Assembly: GCA_041496385.1 (NCBI GenBank)
Contig: JBGQEL010000003.1
Coordinates: 32,001-96,000, forward strand
Length of the DNA stretch: 64,000 nt
Origin: Candidatus Methylomirabilia bacterium
GTDB taxonomy: Bacteria; Methylomirabilota; Methylomirabilia; Rokubacteriales; CSP1-6
Reading direction: 5' to 3'
Each line of letters begins with the position of its first letter. The first letter of the stretch is position 1. Below the pieces are notes generated by a model. That model saw nothing but the letters and a program-made list of their open reading frames with translations. It was not told the origin of the DNA and searched no databases. Below, piece by piece: positions 46,020-55,175 of this stretch. The translations under genes and the position numbers were made by a program.

Positions 46020-47264
46020 CTAGTTCCCAAGCGAGCCGCCCACGGCAGTCTCGAGCAGATACAGCGCGGTCCAGTAGTTGGCGAGCGCGCGCAGGTACTC
46101 GAGCGAGGTCTCGCGATACGTGCGCTGGGCGTCGAGGAAATCGAGGAGGCTCACGCCGCCGCGCCGGTAGGCGAACTCGACGGTGTCGCGCGCCTGCTGC
46201 GCCTTCGGGAGGTAGGTGTCGCGGAGGAGCATGAGCTTCTGACGCTCGGTCACGAGCGCACCCAGGGCCGTGTCGACCTCGGCGAGCGCCTGGACGGCCA
46301 CGGCCTGCCGCACGGCGTCCACCCGGTTCACCTCGGCGCGGGTCCGCGCGATCTCGCCCTGGTTGCGGTCGAAGATCCGGATCGGCACGCTGAAGCCGAA
46401 GCCGAAGGTCTGCTCGTTCGCGTCGGTGCGCTTGTACTCGAGCTGCGGGGTGACGTCCCACCAGGCGTTCGCGCGCGCGAGGTTGACGTCGGCGCGCGCC
46501 TTCTCGCGCGCCGCCTCCGCGACACGGATGTCGGGCCGGTTGTCGAGCGTCATCCGGTAGAGCTCGCTCCGCGAGGGTGCCAGGTCCCGGAAGCCCAGCT
46601 CCCCCTCGACCTCGAAGTCGTCGGCGATCCGCTCGGGCCCTGCGACGGCCCGAAGTGCCACCTTCGCGGCGGTCGCCGCCTGCCGGGCGTCCGCCGCGTC
46701 GCGCTGGAACTGGTAGGTCTGGACTTGAAGGCGCAGCAGCTCGAGCTCGGAGATGTCGCCCTTCTCGGCGCGCAGGCGCTGGAGCCGCTCGACGTCCTCC
46801 AAGGCCTTGAGGTTCTGCTCGGCGAGCGCCAGGCCGGCCCGGGCAGCGAGCGCATCGGTGAACGCCTTCTTCACCTGGAAGACCACCTGGCGGCGCGCGT
46901 CCTGCAGCTCCGCCTGGGTCACGCGCGTCTGCGCCCGCGCGCTGTCCAGCCGCCGCTGGCGCTTGCCGCCGAGCTCGATCGGTTGGCCAAGCGTCGCGGT
47001 GTGCTCGATGAAGACGTTGCTGCTGGCGCCGTACTTCTCGCTCGTGTACGACGCGGTCGGGTTCGGGATGAGCCCCGCGGTGATCTCGCCGGCGCGCGTC
47101 GACTCGACCTCGAAGCCCTTGGCCCGGAGCGCCGCGTTCTCGCGCAGGGCCAGCTCCACCGCCTGATCGAGCGTCAGGCGCGCGAATCGATCCTGGGCGC
47201 TCGCCCGAGCGGCGACGCCGATGAGCACGAGCATGCAGACCGCCAACACGAGAAACCGGGCCAT
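46020..47264 (-). CDS. TolC/CzcC-family outer membrane factor
   Basis: LTLDQAVELALREN, IELGGKRQRR, FDRNQGEI, AYRRGGVSLLDFLDAQR. Confidence 0.92.
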   Translation of the reverse strand: MARFLVLAVCMLVLIGVAARASAQDRFARLTLDQAVELALRENAALRAKGFEVESTRAGEITAGLIPNPTASYTSEKYGASSNVFIEHTATLGQPIELGGKRQRRLDSARAQTRVTQAELQDARRQVVFQVKKAFTDALAARAGLALAEQNLKALEDVERLQRLRAEKGDISELELLRLQVQTYQFQRDAADARQAATAAKVALRAVAGPERIADDFEVEGELGFRDLAPSRSELYRMTLDNRPDIRVAEAAREKARADVNLARANAWWDVTPQLEYKRTDANEQTFGFGFSVPIRIFDRNQGEIARTRAEVNRVDAVRQAVAVQALAEVDTALGALVTERQKLMLLRDTYLPKAQQARDTVEFAYRRGGVSLLDFLDAQRTYRETSLEYLRALANYWTALYLLETAVGGSLGN

Positions 47265-47312
47265 GAGCCTCCCCCGCGAATGTGATGCGACCGAACGGGT
47301 GCGACGGGGTCG

Positions 47313-47693
47313 TTACGCGGAGGCGGAGGCGTCGGCGAGGGACGAGCGGGCGAGCGTGATGCGGTAGACGAGCGCGGCGGGCGAGCTCGACGCCGTGGCG
47401 GTGACGCTCTCCGGACGCTGGAGCCGGAGCGCGGGGCTCACGCCACCGGCGAAGGCCAGGTGCATGTCGAGCCAGGGCTGCCCCTGGCCCGCGAGAGGCT
47501 GCGTCCGCTTGATGTCGTGCTTCGCCTCGGCCGGGTGCTGGGGCGTGACGGCCGGGCGCGGCGCCACGGGGAAATCCGAGCCGTCGATGTCGAGCACCTC
47601 GAACAGGATGAACGAGAACACGAGGACGACGCAGGCGAGATAGACGGCCCGCAAGCGGCTCGAAGCGTGACCATCGCGCGTGCGCCGCACCAT
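47313..47693 (-). CDS. Small hypothetical membrane-anchored protein heading the RND operon
   Basis: Hydrophobic VYLACVVLVFSFILFEVLDIDGSDF; TGgGATAAT lies 6 nt upstream of ATG 47693. Confidence 0.55.
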   Translation of the reverse strand: MVRRTRDGHASSRLRAVYLACVVLVFSFILFEVLDIDGSDFPVAPRPAVTPQHPAEAKHDIKRTQPLAGQGQPWLDMHLAFAGGVSPALRLQRPESVTATASSSPAALVYRITLARSSLADASASA

Positions 47694-47741
47694 GCGCGGA
47701 TTATCCCACAAGCGCTGGCGCGTCCACTATCATCGTCGGCG

Positions 47742-49307
47742 ATGTCCGGGAATGCCGATGGCCACCTGCCGGGCCGGGCCCCCTGTCTCATGGTGCAGGG
47801 GACGGGGTCCGGCGTCGGCAAGAGTGTGCTTACCGCCGCGCTCTGCCGGCTCTTCGCCCGGGCGGGGTATCGCGTGGCGCCCTTCAAATCCCAGAACATG
47901 GCCCTCAACGCCTCCGTGACGGCCGACGGGGGCGAGATCGGGCGGGCCCAGGCCGCGCAGGCCGAGGCCGCCGGCGTCGAGCCGACCGTGGACATGAACC
48001 CGATCCTCCTCAAGCCGGAGGGCGACGACCGCTCCCAGGTCGTCGTGCGGGGCCGGCCGGTCGCGAGCGTGGACTGGCGCGAGTACGCGCGCCTGCAGGC
48101 GGGGCTCCTGCCGATCGTCGCGGAGAGCCTCGAGCGCCTGCGCCGGACGCACGACCTCGTCGTCATCGAGGGCGCCGGAAGTCCCGCGGAGATCAATCTC
48201 GCGGCGAGCGAGATCGTCAACATGCGCATCGCCCGGCTCGCCGACGCGCGCGTGCTGCTCGTCGGCGACATCGACCGCGGCGGCGTCTTCGCCGCCCTCG
48301 TCGGCACGCTCGCGCTGCTCGCGCCGGCAGACCGCGCCCGCGTCGGCGGCTTCGTCGTCAACAAGTTCCGCGGCGACGCGGCGCTGCTCGCGCCGGGCCT
48401 CGAGGAGCTCACCGCGCGCACCGGCGTGCCGGTGCTCGGCGTCCTGCCGTGGATCGCCGGCCGGCTCACGGCCGCGGAAGACTCGCTCGACCTCGACGCG
48501 CCCGGGCCGCGCGCGCAGGACGGCACGGGCGAGGCGATCGAGGTCGCGGTCGTCCGATTCCCGCGCATCGCCAACTTCGACGACTTCGAGCCGCTCGCCG
48601 AGGAGCCGGGCGTGCGGGTGCGCTTCGTCACCACGCCCGCCGCGCTCGCAGCGGCGGACCTGATCGTCCTGCCCGGAAGCAAGAACACCGCCGCCGACCT
48701 TCGCTGGCTCAGCGAGCACGGCCTGGGCGAGGCGATCCGCGCCGCGGCCGCCGCCGGCCGGCCGGTGCTCGGCATCTGCGGGGGCTTCCAGATGCTCGGC
48801 GAGGCCCTGCTCGATCCCGAGGGCGTGGAGTCGCCGGCGCCCGCCACGCCGGGCCTCGGCCTGCTGCCGGTCGTCACGACGTTCTCACCGTCGAAGACCA
48901 CCGTCCGCGTCCGCGCACGCGTCCTGGCGTCGTCGGGGCTCTTCGCCGCCGCGGCCGGGAGCGAGGTGCGCGCGTACGAGATCCACGCGGGACGGACGCG
49001 CATCCCCGAGGGCGCACGGCGGCTCTTCAGCGTGGTCGAAAGCGCGGGCGAGCCCGCCGCGGACACGGACGGCGTCCTGAACGTGGCGGGCAACGTCGGC
49101 GGCACCTACCTCCACGGGCTCTTCGCCGGCGACGCGCTCCGCGGCGCGCTGCTCCGGCACCTCGCCACGCGTGCCGGCATCGCTGCCGACCCGCGCTGGG
49201 GTGCCCCGCGCGAGGATCCGTACGAACGCCTCGCCGACGCCGTCGGCGGCGCGCTCGACCTGGCGGCGGTGGCGAAGCTCGCGGGCGTCGCCTTCCCGAG
49301 AGCCTGA
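47742..49307 (+). CDS. cobQ: Cobyric acid synthase (CobQ/CbiP)
   Basis: QGTGSGVGKS, PFKSQNMALN, MNPILLKP, EGAGSPAEINL, DIDRGGVFA, GICGGFQMLG, GTYLHGLF. Confidence 0.95.
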   Translation: MSGNADGHLPGRAPCLMVQGTGSGVGKSVLTAALCRLFARAGYRVAPFKSQNMALNASVTADGGEIGRAQAAQAEAAGVEPTVDMNPILLKPEGDDRSQVVVRGRPVASVDWREYARLQAGLLPIVAESLERLRRTHDLVVIEGAGSPAEINLAASEIVNMRIARLADARVLLVGDIDRGGVFAALVGTLALLAPADRARVGGFVVNKFRGDAALLAPGLEELTARTGVPVLGVLPWIAGRLTAAEDSLDLDAPGPRAQDGTGEAIEVAVVRFPRIANFDDFEPLAEEPGVRVRFVTTPAALAAADLIVLPGSKNTAADLRWLSEHGLGEAIRAAAAAGRPVLGICGGFQMLGEALLDPEGVESPAPATPGLGLLPVVTTFSPSKTTVRVRARVLASSGLFAAAAGSEVRAYEIHAGRTRIPEGARRLFSVVESAGEPAADTDGVLNVAGNVGGTYLHGLFAGDALRGALLRHLATRAGIAADPRWGAPREDPYERLADAVGGALDLAAVAKLAGVAFPRA

Positions 49308-49311
49308 GGCG

Positions 49312-50241
49312 ATTCTCCGCGCCCTCGCCGTCCTGCTCCTGGCCGTCGCGCTCGATCTGGCGCTCGGCGACCCTCCGAACCGTGTCCACCCGGTCGCGTG
49401 GCTCGGCCGGGCGCTCGCCCTCGCCGGCCGCGCGCTGCGCCGCGGCGGCCCCCGCGCGCTCCTGCTCGGCGGCGCGGCGACCACGCTCGGCGCCGTCACC
49501 CTCGCGGCACTCGTCGGATGGCTCGTGGAGGCGCTGGGGACGCGCCTGGGCGCGGCGGGCGTGCTTCTGGAGGCGGTCGCGCTCTCGTCGCTCATCTCGC
49601 TTCGGGGGCTCGCGTCCGCCGCGCGCGAGGTGGGCGCGCACCTGGCCGCGGGCGATCTCGTGGCGGCGCGCGCCGCCGTCGGCTTCCATCTGGTCAGCCG
49701 GCCGACCGCCACGCTCGACGCGGGGCAGGTCGCATCGGCCGCCATCGAGTCGGTCGCCGAGAACCTGACCGACGCGTTCCTGGCACCACTCTGCTTCTAC
49801 CTGGCGTTCGGACTGCCCGGAGTGGCGATCTATCGCGCGGTCAACACCGCCGACGCGATGTTCGGCTACCGTGAGGGGACGCTCGAGCATTTCGGCAAGG
49901 TGGCCGCGCGCCTCGACGATCTGCTGAACCTCGTGCCGGCGCGGCTCGCGGGCCTGGCCCTCGTCGCGGGCGCGCTGCTCGCGCGGGAGCACGCGGGGCG
50001 CGCGCTCGCGACGCTGCGGCGCGACCGGCGCCGCACGGCGAGCCCGAACGCGGGCTGGACGATGTCGGCGATGGCGGGCGCGCTCGGCGTGATGCTGGAG
50101 AAGCCGGGCGCCTATCGTCTCGGCGAGGGGCGGCCGCCCGCGCCGGAAGATATTCATTGCGCGCTGCGCGTCTTCTGGGCCTCCGCGCTCGTCAGCACCA
50201 TCGGCCTCATCGCCGCCGGACTGACGCTCTCTCCTTACTAA
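49312..50241 (+). CDS. cbiB: Adenosylcobinamide-phosphate synthase (CbiB/CobD); start uncertain, probably ATT
   Basis: DLALGDP..HPVAWLG, IESVAENLTD, YRAVNTADAMFGY, AARLDDLLNLVPARL, SPNAGW. Confidence 0.92.
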   Translation: MLRALAVLLLAVALDLALGDPPNRVHPVAWLGRALALAGRALRRGGPRALLLGGAATTLGAVTLAALVGWLVEALGTRLGAAGVLLEAVALSSLISLRGLASAAREVGAHLAAGDLVAARAAVGFHLVSRPTATLDAGQVASAAIESVAENLTDAFLAPLCFYLAFGLPGVAIYRAVNTADAMFGYREGTLEHFGKVAARLDDLLNLVPARLAGLALVAGALLAREHAGRALATLRRDRRRTASPNAGWTMSAMAGALGVMLEKPGAYRLGEGRPPAPEDIHCALRVFWASALVSTIGLIAAGLTLSPY

Positions 50242-50514
50242 CATTAAATCAACATGTTACGGTTCTGATCATGAGGCGCGACAGGAGGCCTGTCGGGGGC
50301 TCGCCCGGAGGAGACGGAAAGCGCGAGCGGGAGCCGCTGTCGCGACGCGGCGGCGACGGGGCGGGCGATCGCGTCGGCGCGCGCGATCCACTCCGCGCGT
50401 CGAGCACGCGCGGCTCGTGACGACGGCGCGACTCGAGGTGTTGGCGCGCGAGTTCACGATTTTTCGCACTATTTGTTCGACCGGCGATCCGACGCGCGCG
50501 TATCATCGACGCTG

Positions 50515-50568
50515 ATGGCCGCCGCCGCGCGGCATTTTTTGTCTAGACACGGGCCACGACAATGTTGA
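50515..50568 (+). CDS. Putative 17-aa leader peptide overlapping the argS start
   Basis: MAAAARHFLSRHGPRQC; ATG 8 nt after TATCAT (50501-50506); TGA at 50566-50568 just past argS ATG. Confidence 0.35.
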   Translation: MAAAARHFLSRHGPRQC

Positions 50569-52226
50569 TCACGGAGCGCTTGACCGAAGGAGTCCGCGAG
50601 GCACTCGCAGGCGCGGGGTTACCCGCGCCTGCGACGTGCGTCTGGGAGGTGCCGCGCCAGGCGGAGCACGGCGATTACTCGACGAACACCGCGATGACGC
50701 TCGCGCGCGCCGCCCGCAAGGCGCCGCAGCAGATCGCCGAGCAGATCGTCGCGCACTTCCCGCCGCTGCCCGAGGTGGAGCGGCTCGAGGTCGCGGGCCC
50801 CGGCTTCCTCAACGTCTTTCTCTCGCCGGCGTGGTGCGCCGCCGCGCTGCGCGAGATCCTCGCCGCGGGCGACGGCTACGGCCGCGGCGACGCCGAGCGC
50901 GGACGCCGCATCCAGCTCGAGTTCGTGTCGGCCAACCCGACCGGGCCGCTGGTCATCGTCAACGCGCGCGCCGCGGCCGTCGGCGACTCGCTCGCGCGTC
51001 TCCTGCGGGCGCAGGGCGCGGAGGTGACGACCGAGTACTACGTCAACGACGCCGGCACCCAGTTCGAGGCGCTCGCGCGCTCCTTCGAGGCGCGCGTGGC
51101 CCAGGAGTTCGGCGAGCCCGCGACGCTGCCCGAGAACGGCTACCCGGGTGAATACCTAGTGGACCTCGCGAAGGACTACCGTCGGGAGGGCGGCGGCCTG
51201 ATGCGTGAGGCCACCGCGCACGAGCGGACCGAGCACTTCGGCGGCTGGGCGGTGACGCGCATGGTCGAAGGCCAGCGGCGCATCCTCCGCGACTACGGCG
51301 TCGAGTACGACGTCTGGACGTCGGAGCAGCGCGACGTGCGCGCGCGCGGGCTGGTGGAGAAGATGCTCGACGAGCTCACCGCGCGCGGGCTCACGTACGA
51401 GAAGGACGGCGCCCTGTGGTTCCGCTCGTCCGAGGTCGGCGAGGAGGGCGCCGACGACAAGGACCGCGTCCTGCGCCGCTCGAGCGGCGAGGCGACCTAC
51501 TTCGCCGTGGACATCGCCCACCACCAGTACCTCAAGTTCGCGACCGCCGCCCAGGTGATCAACCTCTTCGGCCCCGACCACCACGGGTACGTGGCGCGCA
51601 TGGGTGCGGCCATGCGGGCGCTCGGGCACCCGCCCGACGCGCTCGAGATCCTGATCGTCCAGCTCGTCACGCTCCTGCGCGACGGCCAGCCCGTCCGCAT
51701 GTCCAAGCGCCGTGGCGAGTTCGTGCTGATGGAAGAGCTGCTCGAGGAGGTCGGGCGCGACGCCGCGCGCTTCACCTTCCTCACGCGGCGCCACGACAGC
51801 CCGCTCGAGTTCGACCTGGCCGTCGCGACGCGGCAGTCGAGCGAGAACCCGGTCTACTACGTGCAGTACGCCCACGCGCGCATCCACTCGATCGGCAAGC
51901 AGGTGGCCGAGCAGGGGATCGCCGTGCCGTCGCTCGAGGCGACGGACCTCGCCCCGCTCACGGCGTCCGAGGAGCAGGCGCTCATCAAGCGGCTCCTCCA
52001 GTATCCGGAGGTCGTGCGGAGCGCGGCGCGGGCGCTCGAGCCGCACCGGGTGGCGTACTGGCTCCAGGAGCTGGCGGCCGCGTTCCACCCGTACTACAAG
52101 AACCATCGCGTCATCCAGGACGACCGCCGCCTCATGTTCGCGCGGCTCGCGCTCTGCGCCGCGGTGGGCCGGGTGGTCCGGAACGGGCTCGACCTCCTCG
52201 GGGTCTCGGCCCCGGAGTCGATGTAG
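50562..52226 (+). CDS. argS: Arginine--tRNA ligase
   Basis: HGDYSTN, AGPGFLN, EFVSANPTGPL, EYYVNDAG, MSKRRGEF, NPVYYVQYAHARI, GVSAPESM. Confidence 0.96.
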   Translation: MLITERLTEGVREALAGAGLPAPATCVWEVPRQAEHGDYSTNTAMTLARAARKAPQQIAEQIVAHFPPLPEVERLEVAGPGFLNVFLSPAWCAAALREILAAGDGYGRGDAERGRRIQLEFVSANPTGPLVIVNARAAAVGDSLARLLRAQGAEVTTEYYVNDAGTQFEALARSFEARVAQEFGEPATLPENGYPGEYLVDLAKDYRREGGGLMREATAHERTEHFGGWAVTRMVEGQRRILRDYGVEYDVWTSEQRDVRARGLVEKMLDELTARGLTYEKDGALWFRSSEVGEEGADDKDRVLRRSSGEATYFAVDIAHHQYLKFATAAQVINLFGPDHHGYVARMGAAMRALGHPPDALEILIVQLVTLLRDGQPVRMSKRRGEFVLMEELLEEVGRDAARFTFLTRRHDSPLEFDLAVATRQSSENPVYYVQYAHARIHSIGKQVAEQGIAVPSLEATDLAPLTASEEQALIKRLLQYPEVVRSAARALEPHRVAYWLQELAAAFHPYYKNHRVIQDDRRLMFARLALCAAVGRVVRNGLDLLGVSAPESM

Positions 52227-52780
52227 TGGCCGTACGGGGAAAGCGCGCGGACGGTGGCGCCGGCACGTTCCTCCTCTTCATCGGCGTGGTGGCGGTGCTC
52301 GCGGGCACGTTCTTGCTCGGCGTGATGGCGGGCCGCTTCTGGGCGGGCTTTCCGCTCTTCCGCGGCGAGGTGGCGGCGAAAGCGCCGCCGCGCGGCCGCG
52401 AGCGCGAGGCGCGCGCGCCCGAAGCCTCGCCGACGCTCACCTTCTACCACGAGCTCACGGCGCCGCTGACCGCGCCGCCGCCCGCCAAGCCCGCCCGGCC
52501 GCGCGCCGAGGCGTCCCGGGCCGAGCCCGCCAAGCCCGAGGGCGCGGCGGGACGCTTCACCGTGCAGGCCGGCGCCTACAAGGCCCGCGAGCCGGCGGAA
52601 GCGCTACGGGCGCGCCTGGCCTCGGCGGGCCACGACGCCTACGTCGCCGAGGCCGAGAGCACCGGCGGCGTGCGCTTCCGCGTGCGCGTCGGGACCTTCG
52701 CCACGCGCGAGGCCGCGCAGGAGGTCGCCGTGCGCCTGGCCGCCGAGGGGACGCTCTCGACCTTCGTCACGGCGCGGTAG
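52226..52780 (+). CDS. SPOR-domain cell division protein (FtsN-like)
   Basis: N-terminal TM, LTFYHEL motif, FTVQAGAY...FRVRVGTF SPOR domain; typical position after argS. Confidence 0.85.
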   Translation: MAVRGKRADGGAGTFLLFIGVVAVLAGTFLLGVMAGRFWAGFPLFRGEVAAKAPPRGREREARAPEASPTLTFYHELTAPLTAPPPAKPARPRAEASRAEPAKPEGAAGRFTVQAGAYKAREPAEALRARLASAGHDAYVAEAESTGGVRFRVRVGTFATREAAQEVAVRLAAEGTLSTFVTAR

Positions 52781-52781
52781 C

Positions 52782-53336
52782 ATGGCGCCGCGTCCGGGCC
52801 GCGTCCTCATCAGCGAGGAGGCGCTCCGGGCGCGCATCGCGGAGCTCGGGCAGGCGATCGCGCGCGACTACGCGGGCCGGACGCCGCTGCTCATCGGGGT
52901 CCTCCAGGGCGCGTTCCTCTTCATGGCCGACCTCGTGCGCGCGACGCCCGTCGACCTCGCGACCGACTTCATCGGCGTCTCGAGCTACGGCGGCGGCACC
53001 ACGTCGACCGGGGAGGTGCGGCTCGTGGCCGACGTCTCGGCGCCCGTCGCGGGCCGCCACGTGATCATCGTCGAGGACATCGTGGACACGGGCTTCACAC
53101 TCGCCTTCCTGCGCGAGATGCTGCTCGCGCGGCGCCCGGCGAGCCTGGGCGTCTGCGTGCTCTGCGACAAGGCCGAGCGCCGGCGGGTGCCGGTGCCGCT
53201 GGACTACGTCGGCTTCACGGTGCCCGACGTCTACGTGGTCGGCTACGGCTTCGATTTCCGAGGCTTGTACCGCAACCTGCCCTACATCGCGGCACTCGAA
53301 GACGGGCCCGTCGTGCATCGCGTCATTGAGCCCTGA
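52782..53336 (+). CDS. hpt: Hypoxanthine phosphoribosyltransferase
   Basis: GAFLFMADLVR, SSYG, IIVEDIVDTGFTL, VVGYGFD..YRNLPYI. Confidence 0.95.
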   Translation: MAPRPGRVLISEEALRARIAELGQAIARDYAGRTPLLIGVLQGAFLFMADLVRATPVDLATDFIGVSSYGGGTTSTGEVRLVADVSAPVAGRHVIIVEDIVDTGFTLAFLREMLLARRPASLGVCVLCDKAERRRVPVPLDYVGFTVPDVYVVGYGFDFRGLYRNLPYIAALEDGPVVHRVIEP

Positions 53337-53345
53337 TGTTATAAT
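53337..53345 (+). promoter_or_regulatory. Extended -10 promoter of ftsH
   Basis: TGtTATAAT, 9 nt upstream of ATG, no SD. Confidence 0.7.
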
Positions 53346-53354
53346 CCGACAAGC

Positions 53355-55172
53355 ATGAATCAGGTCTACAAGAACCTCGCGCTCTGGATGGTGATCGGGC
53401 TCATCGTCATCCTCCTGTTCACCGTGTTCCAGGGCGCGCAGCAGGGCGGGCAGGAGCAGCCCAACTTCTCGGAATTCCTCCGGGCGCTGGACCAGGGGCG
53501 GGTGGATTCCGTCGTGATCCGGGGCAACCACGTCACGTACACGCTCAAGGACTCCGCGCAGATCCAGCGGACGTATATCGTCGAGTACCCGGATCTCGTC
53601 AAGACGCTCAAGGAGCGTGGCGTGCGTATCGCGGTGAAGCCGCCCGACGCGAACCCCTGGTACGCCGTCTTCCTGCAGTGGGTGCCGATGCTCCTGTTCA
53701 TCGGCGTCTGGATCTTCTTCATGCGCCAGATGCAGGGCGGCGGCGCCAAGGCGCTCTCTTTCGGGAAGGCGCGCGCGCGGCTGGTCTCCGAGAAGCAGAA
53801 CAAGGTGACGTTCCAGGACGTCGCCGGCGTCGACGAGGCGAAGGAAGAACTGCGGGAGATCATCGATTTCCTCAAGGATCCTCAGAAGTTCCAGAAGCTC
53901 GGCGGCAAGATCCCGAAGGGCGTGCTGCTCGTCGGGCCGCCCGGCACGGGCAAGACGCTGCTCGCCAAGGCCATCGCGGGCGAGGCCAACGTGCCGTTCT
54001 TCACGATCTCGGGCTCCGACTTCGTGGAGATGTTCGTCGGGGTCGGGGCCTCGCGGGTCCGCGACCTCTTCGAGCAGGGCAAGAAGCACGCGCCGTGCAT
54101 CATCTTTATGGATGAGATCGACGCGGTCGGACGCCACAGGGGCGCCGGCCTCGGCGGCGGCCACGACGAGCGCGAGCAGACGCTCAACCAGCTGCTCGTC
54201 GAGATGGACGGCTTCGAGACCAACGAGGGCGTCATCCTCATCGCGGCGACGAACCGGCCGGACGTCCTCGATCCCGCGCTGCTCCGCCCCGGCCGCTTCG
54301 ACCGCCAGGTCGTCGTGCCGCGGCCGGACGTCAAGGGCCGGGAGGAGATCCTGCGCGTGCACGCCCGCCGGATCCCGCTGGCTCCCGACGTCGAGCTGAA
54401 GGTGCTCGCGCGCGGCACGCCGGGCTTCTCGGGTGCCGACCTCGCCAACCTCGTCAACGAAGCGGCGCTCCACGCGGCCCGGCAGAACAAGAAGGTCGTC
54501 GAGATGTCCAACTTCGAGAACGCCAAGGACAAGGTCCTGATGGGCGTCGAGCGGCGCTCGATGATCATCAGCGAGGGCGAGAAGCGGACGATCGCCTACC
54601 ACGAGGCGGGCCACACGCTGGTCGCCGACTTCCTGCCGGGGACCGACCCGGTCCACAAGGTGACGATCATCCCGCGCGGGCGCGCGCTCGGTCTCACGCA
54701 GCAGCTCCCGCTCGACGACAAGTACAACTACTCGAAGGACTACCTGGTCAACCGGATCACGATCCTCCTGGGCGGCCGCGCCGCCGAGGAGATCGTCTTC
54801 CAGCAGCAGACGACGGGCGCGGGCGACGACCTCGAGAAGGCCACCGAGATGGCGCGCAAGATGGTCTGCGAGTGGGGCATGTCGGACAAGCTCGGCCCGC
54901 TCACCTTCGGCAAGAACGAGGAGCACATCTTCCTCGGGCGCGAGGTGGCGCGGGCCAAGGACTACAGTGAGGCCACCGCGCTGCTCATCGACTCGGAGAT
55001 CAAGCGCCTCGTCTTCGAGGCCGCCGTGCGCGCCAAGCAGATCCTCGAGGAGAACCTCGAGAAGCTGCACGCGCTCGCCCGGGCGCTGCTCGAGCGCGAA
55101 TCGCTCGACGGCGAGGAGATCGCGCGCATCCTCCGCACGCGCCCGTTCCAGGAAGCCGCCGCGCCCGCGTAG
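53355..55172 (+). CDS. ftsH: ATP-dependent zinc metalloprotease FtsH
   Basis: Two TMs, [30 protein letters not shown]. Confidence 0.98.
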   Translation: MNQVYKNLALWMVIGLIVILLFTVFQGAQQGGQEQPNFSEFLRALDQGRVDSVVIRGNHVTYTLKDSAQIQRTYIVEYPDLVKTLKERGVRIAVKPPDANPWYAVFLQWVPMLLFIGVWIFFMRQMQGGGAKALSFGKARARLVSEKQNKVTFQDVAGVDEAKEELREIIDFLKDPQKFQKLGGKIPKGVLLVGPPGTGKTLLAKAIAGEANVPFFTISGSDFVEMFVGVGASRVRDLFEQGKKHAPCIIFMDEIDAVGRHRGAGLGGGHDEREQTLNQLLVEMDGFETNEGVILIAATNRPDVLDPALLRPGRFDRQVVVPRPDVKGREEILRVHARRIPLAPDVELKVLARGTPGFSGADLANLVNEAALHAARQNKKVVEMSNFENAKDKVLMGVERRSMIISEGEKRTIAYHEAGHTLVADFLPGTDPVHKVTIIPRGRALGLTQQLPLDDKYNYSKDYLVNRITILLGGRAAEEIVFQQQTTGAGDDLEKATEMARKMVCEWGMSDKLGPLTFGKNEEHIFLGREVARAKDYSEATALLIDSEIKRLVFEAAVRAKQILEENLEKLHALARALLERESLDGEEIARILRTRPFQEAAAPA

Positions 55173-55175
55173 TCC

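Noticed and set aside
17205..47745. Target-site duplication, att sites or integrase bounding the metal block
   Set aside because: No matching direct repeats seen at the two edges, and no recombinase or tRNA present
50242..50500. T-box or small ORFs upstream of argS
   Set aside because: No T-box antiterminator consensus recognised; the listed short ORFs lack SD sites or motifs
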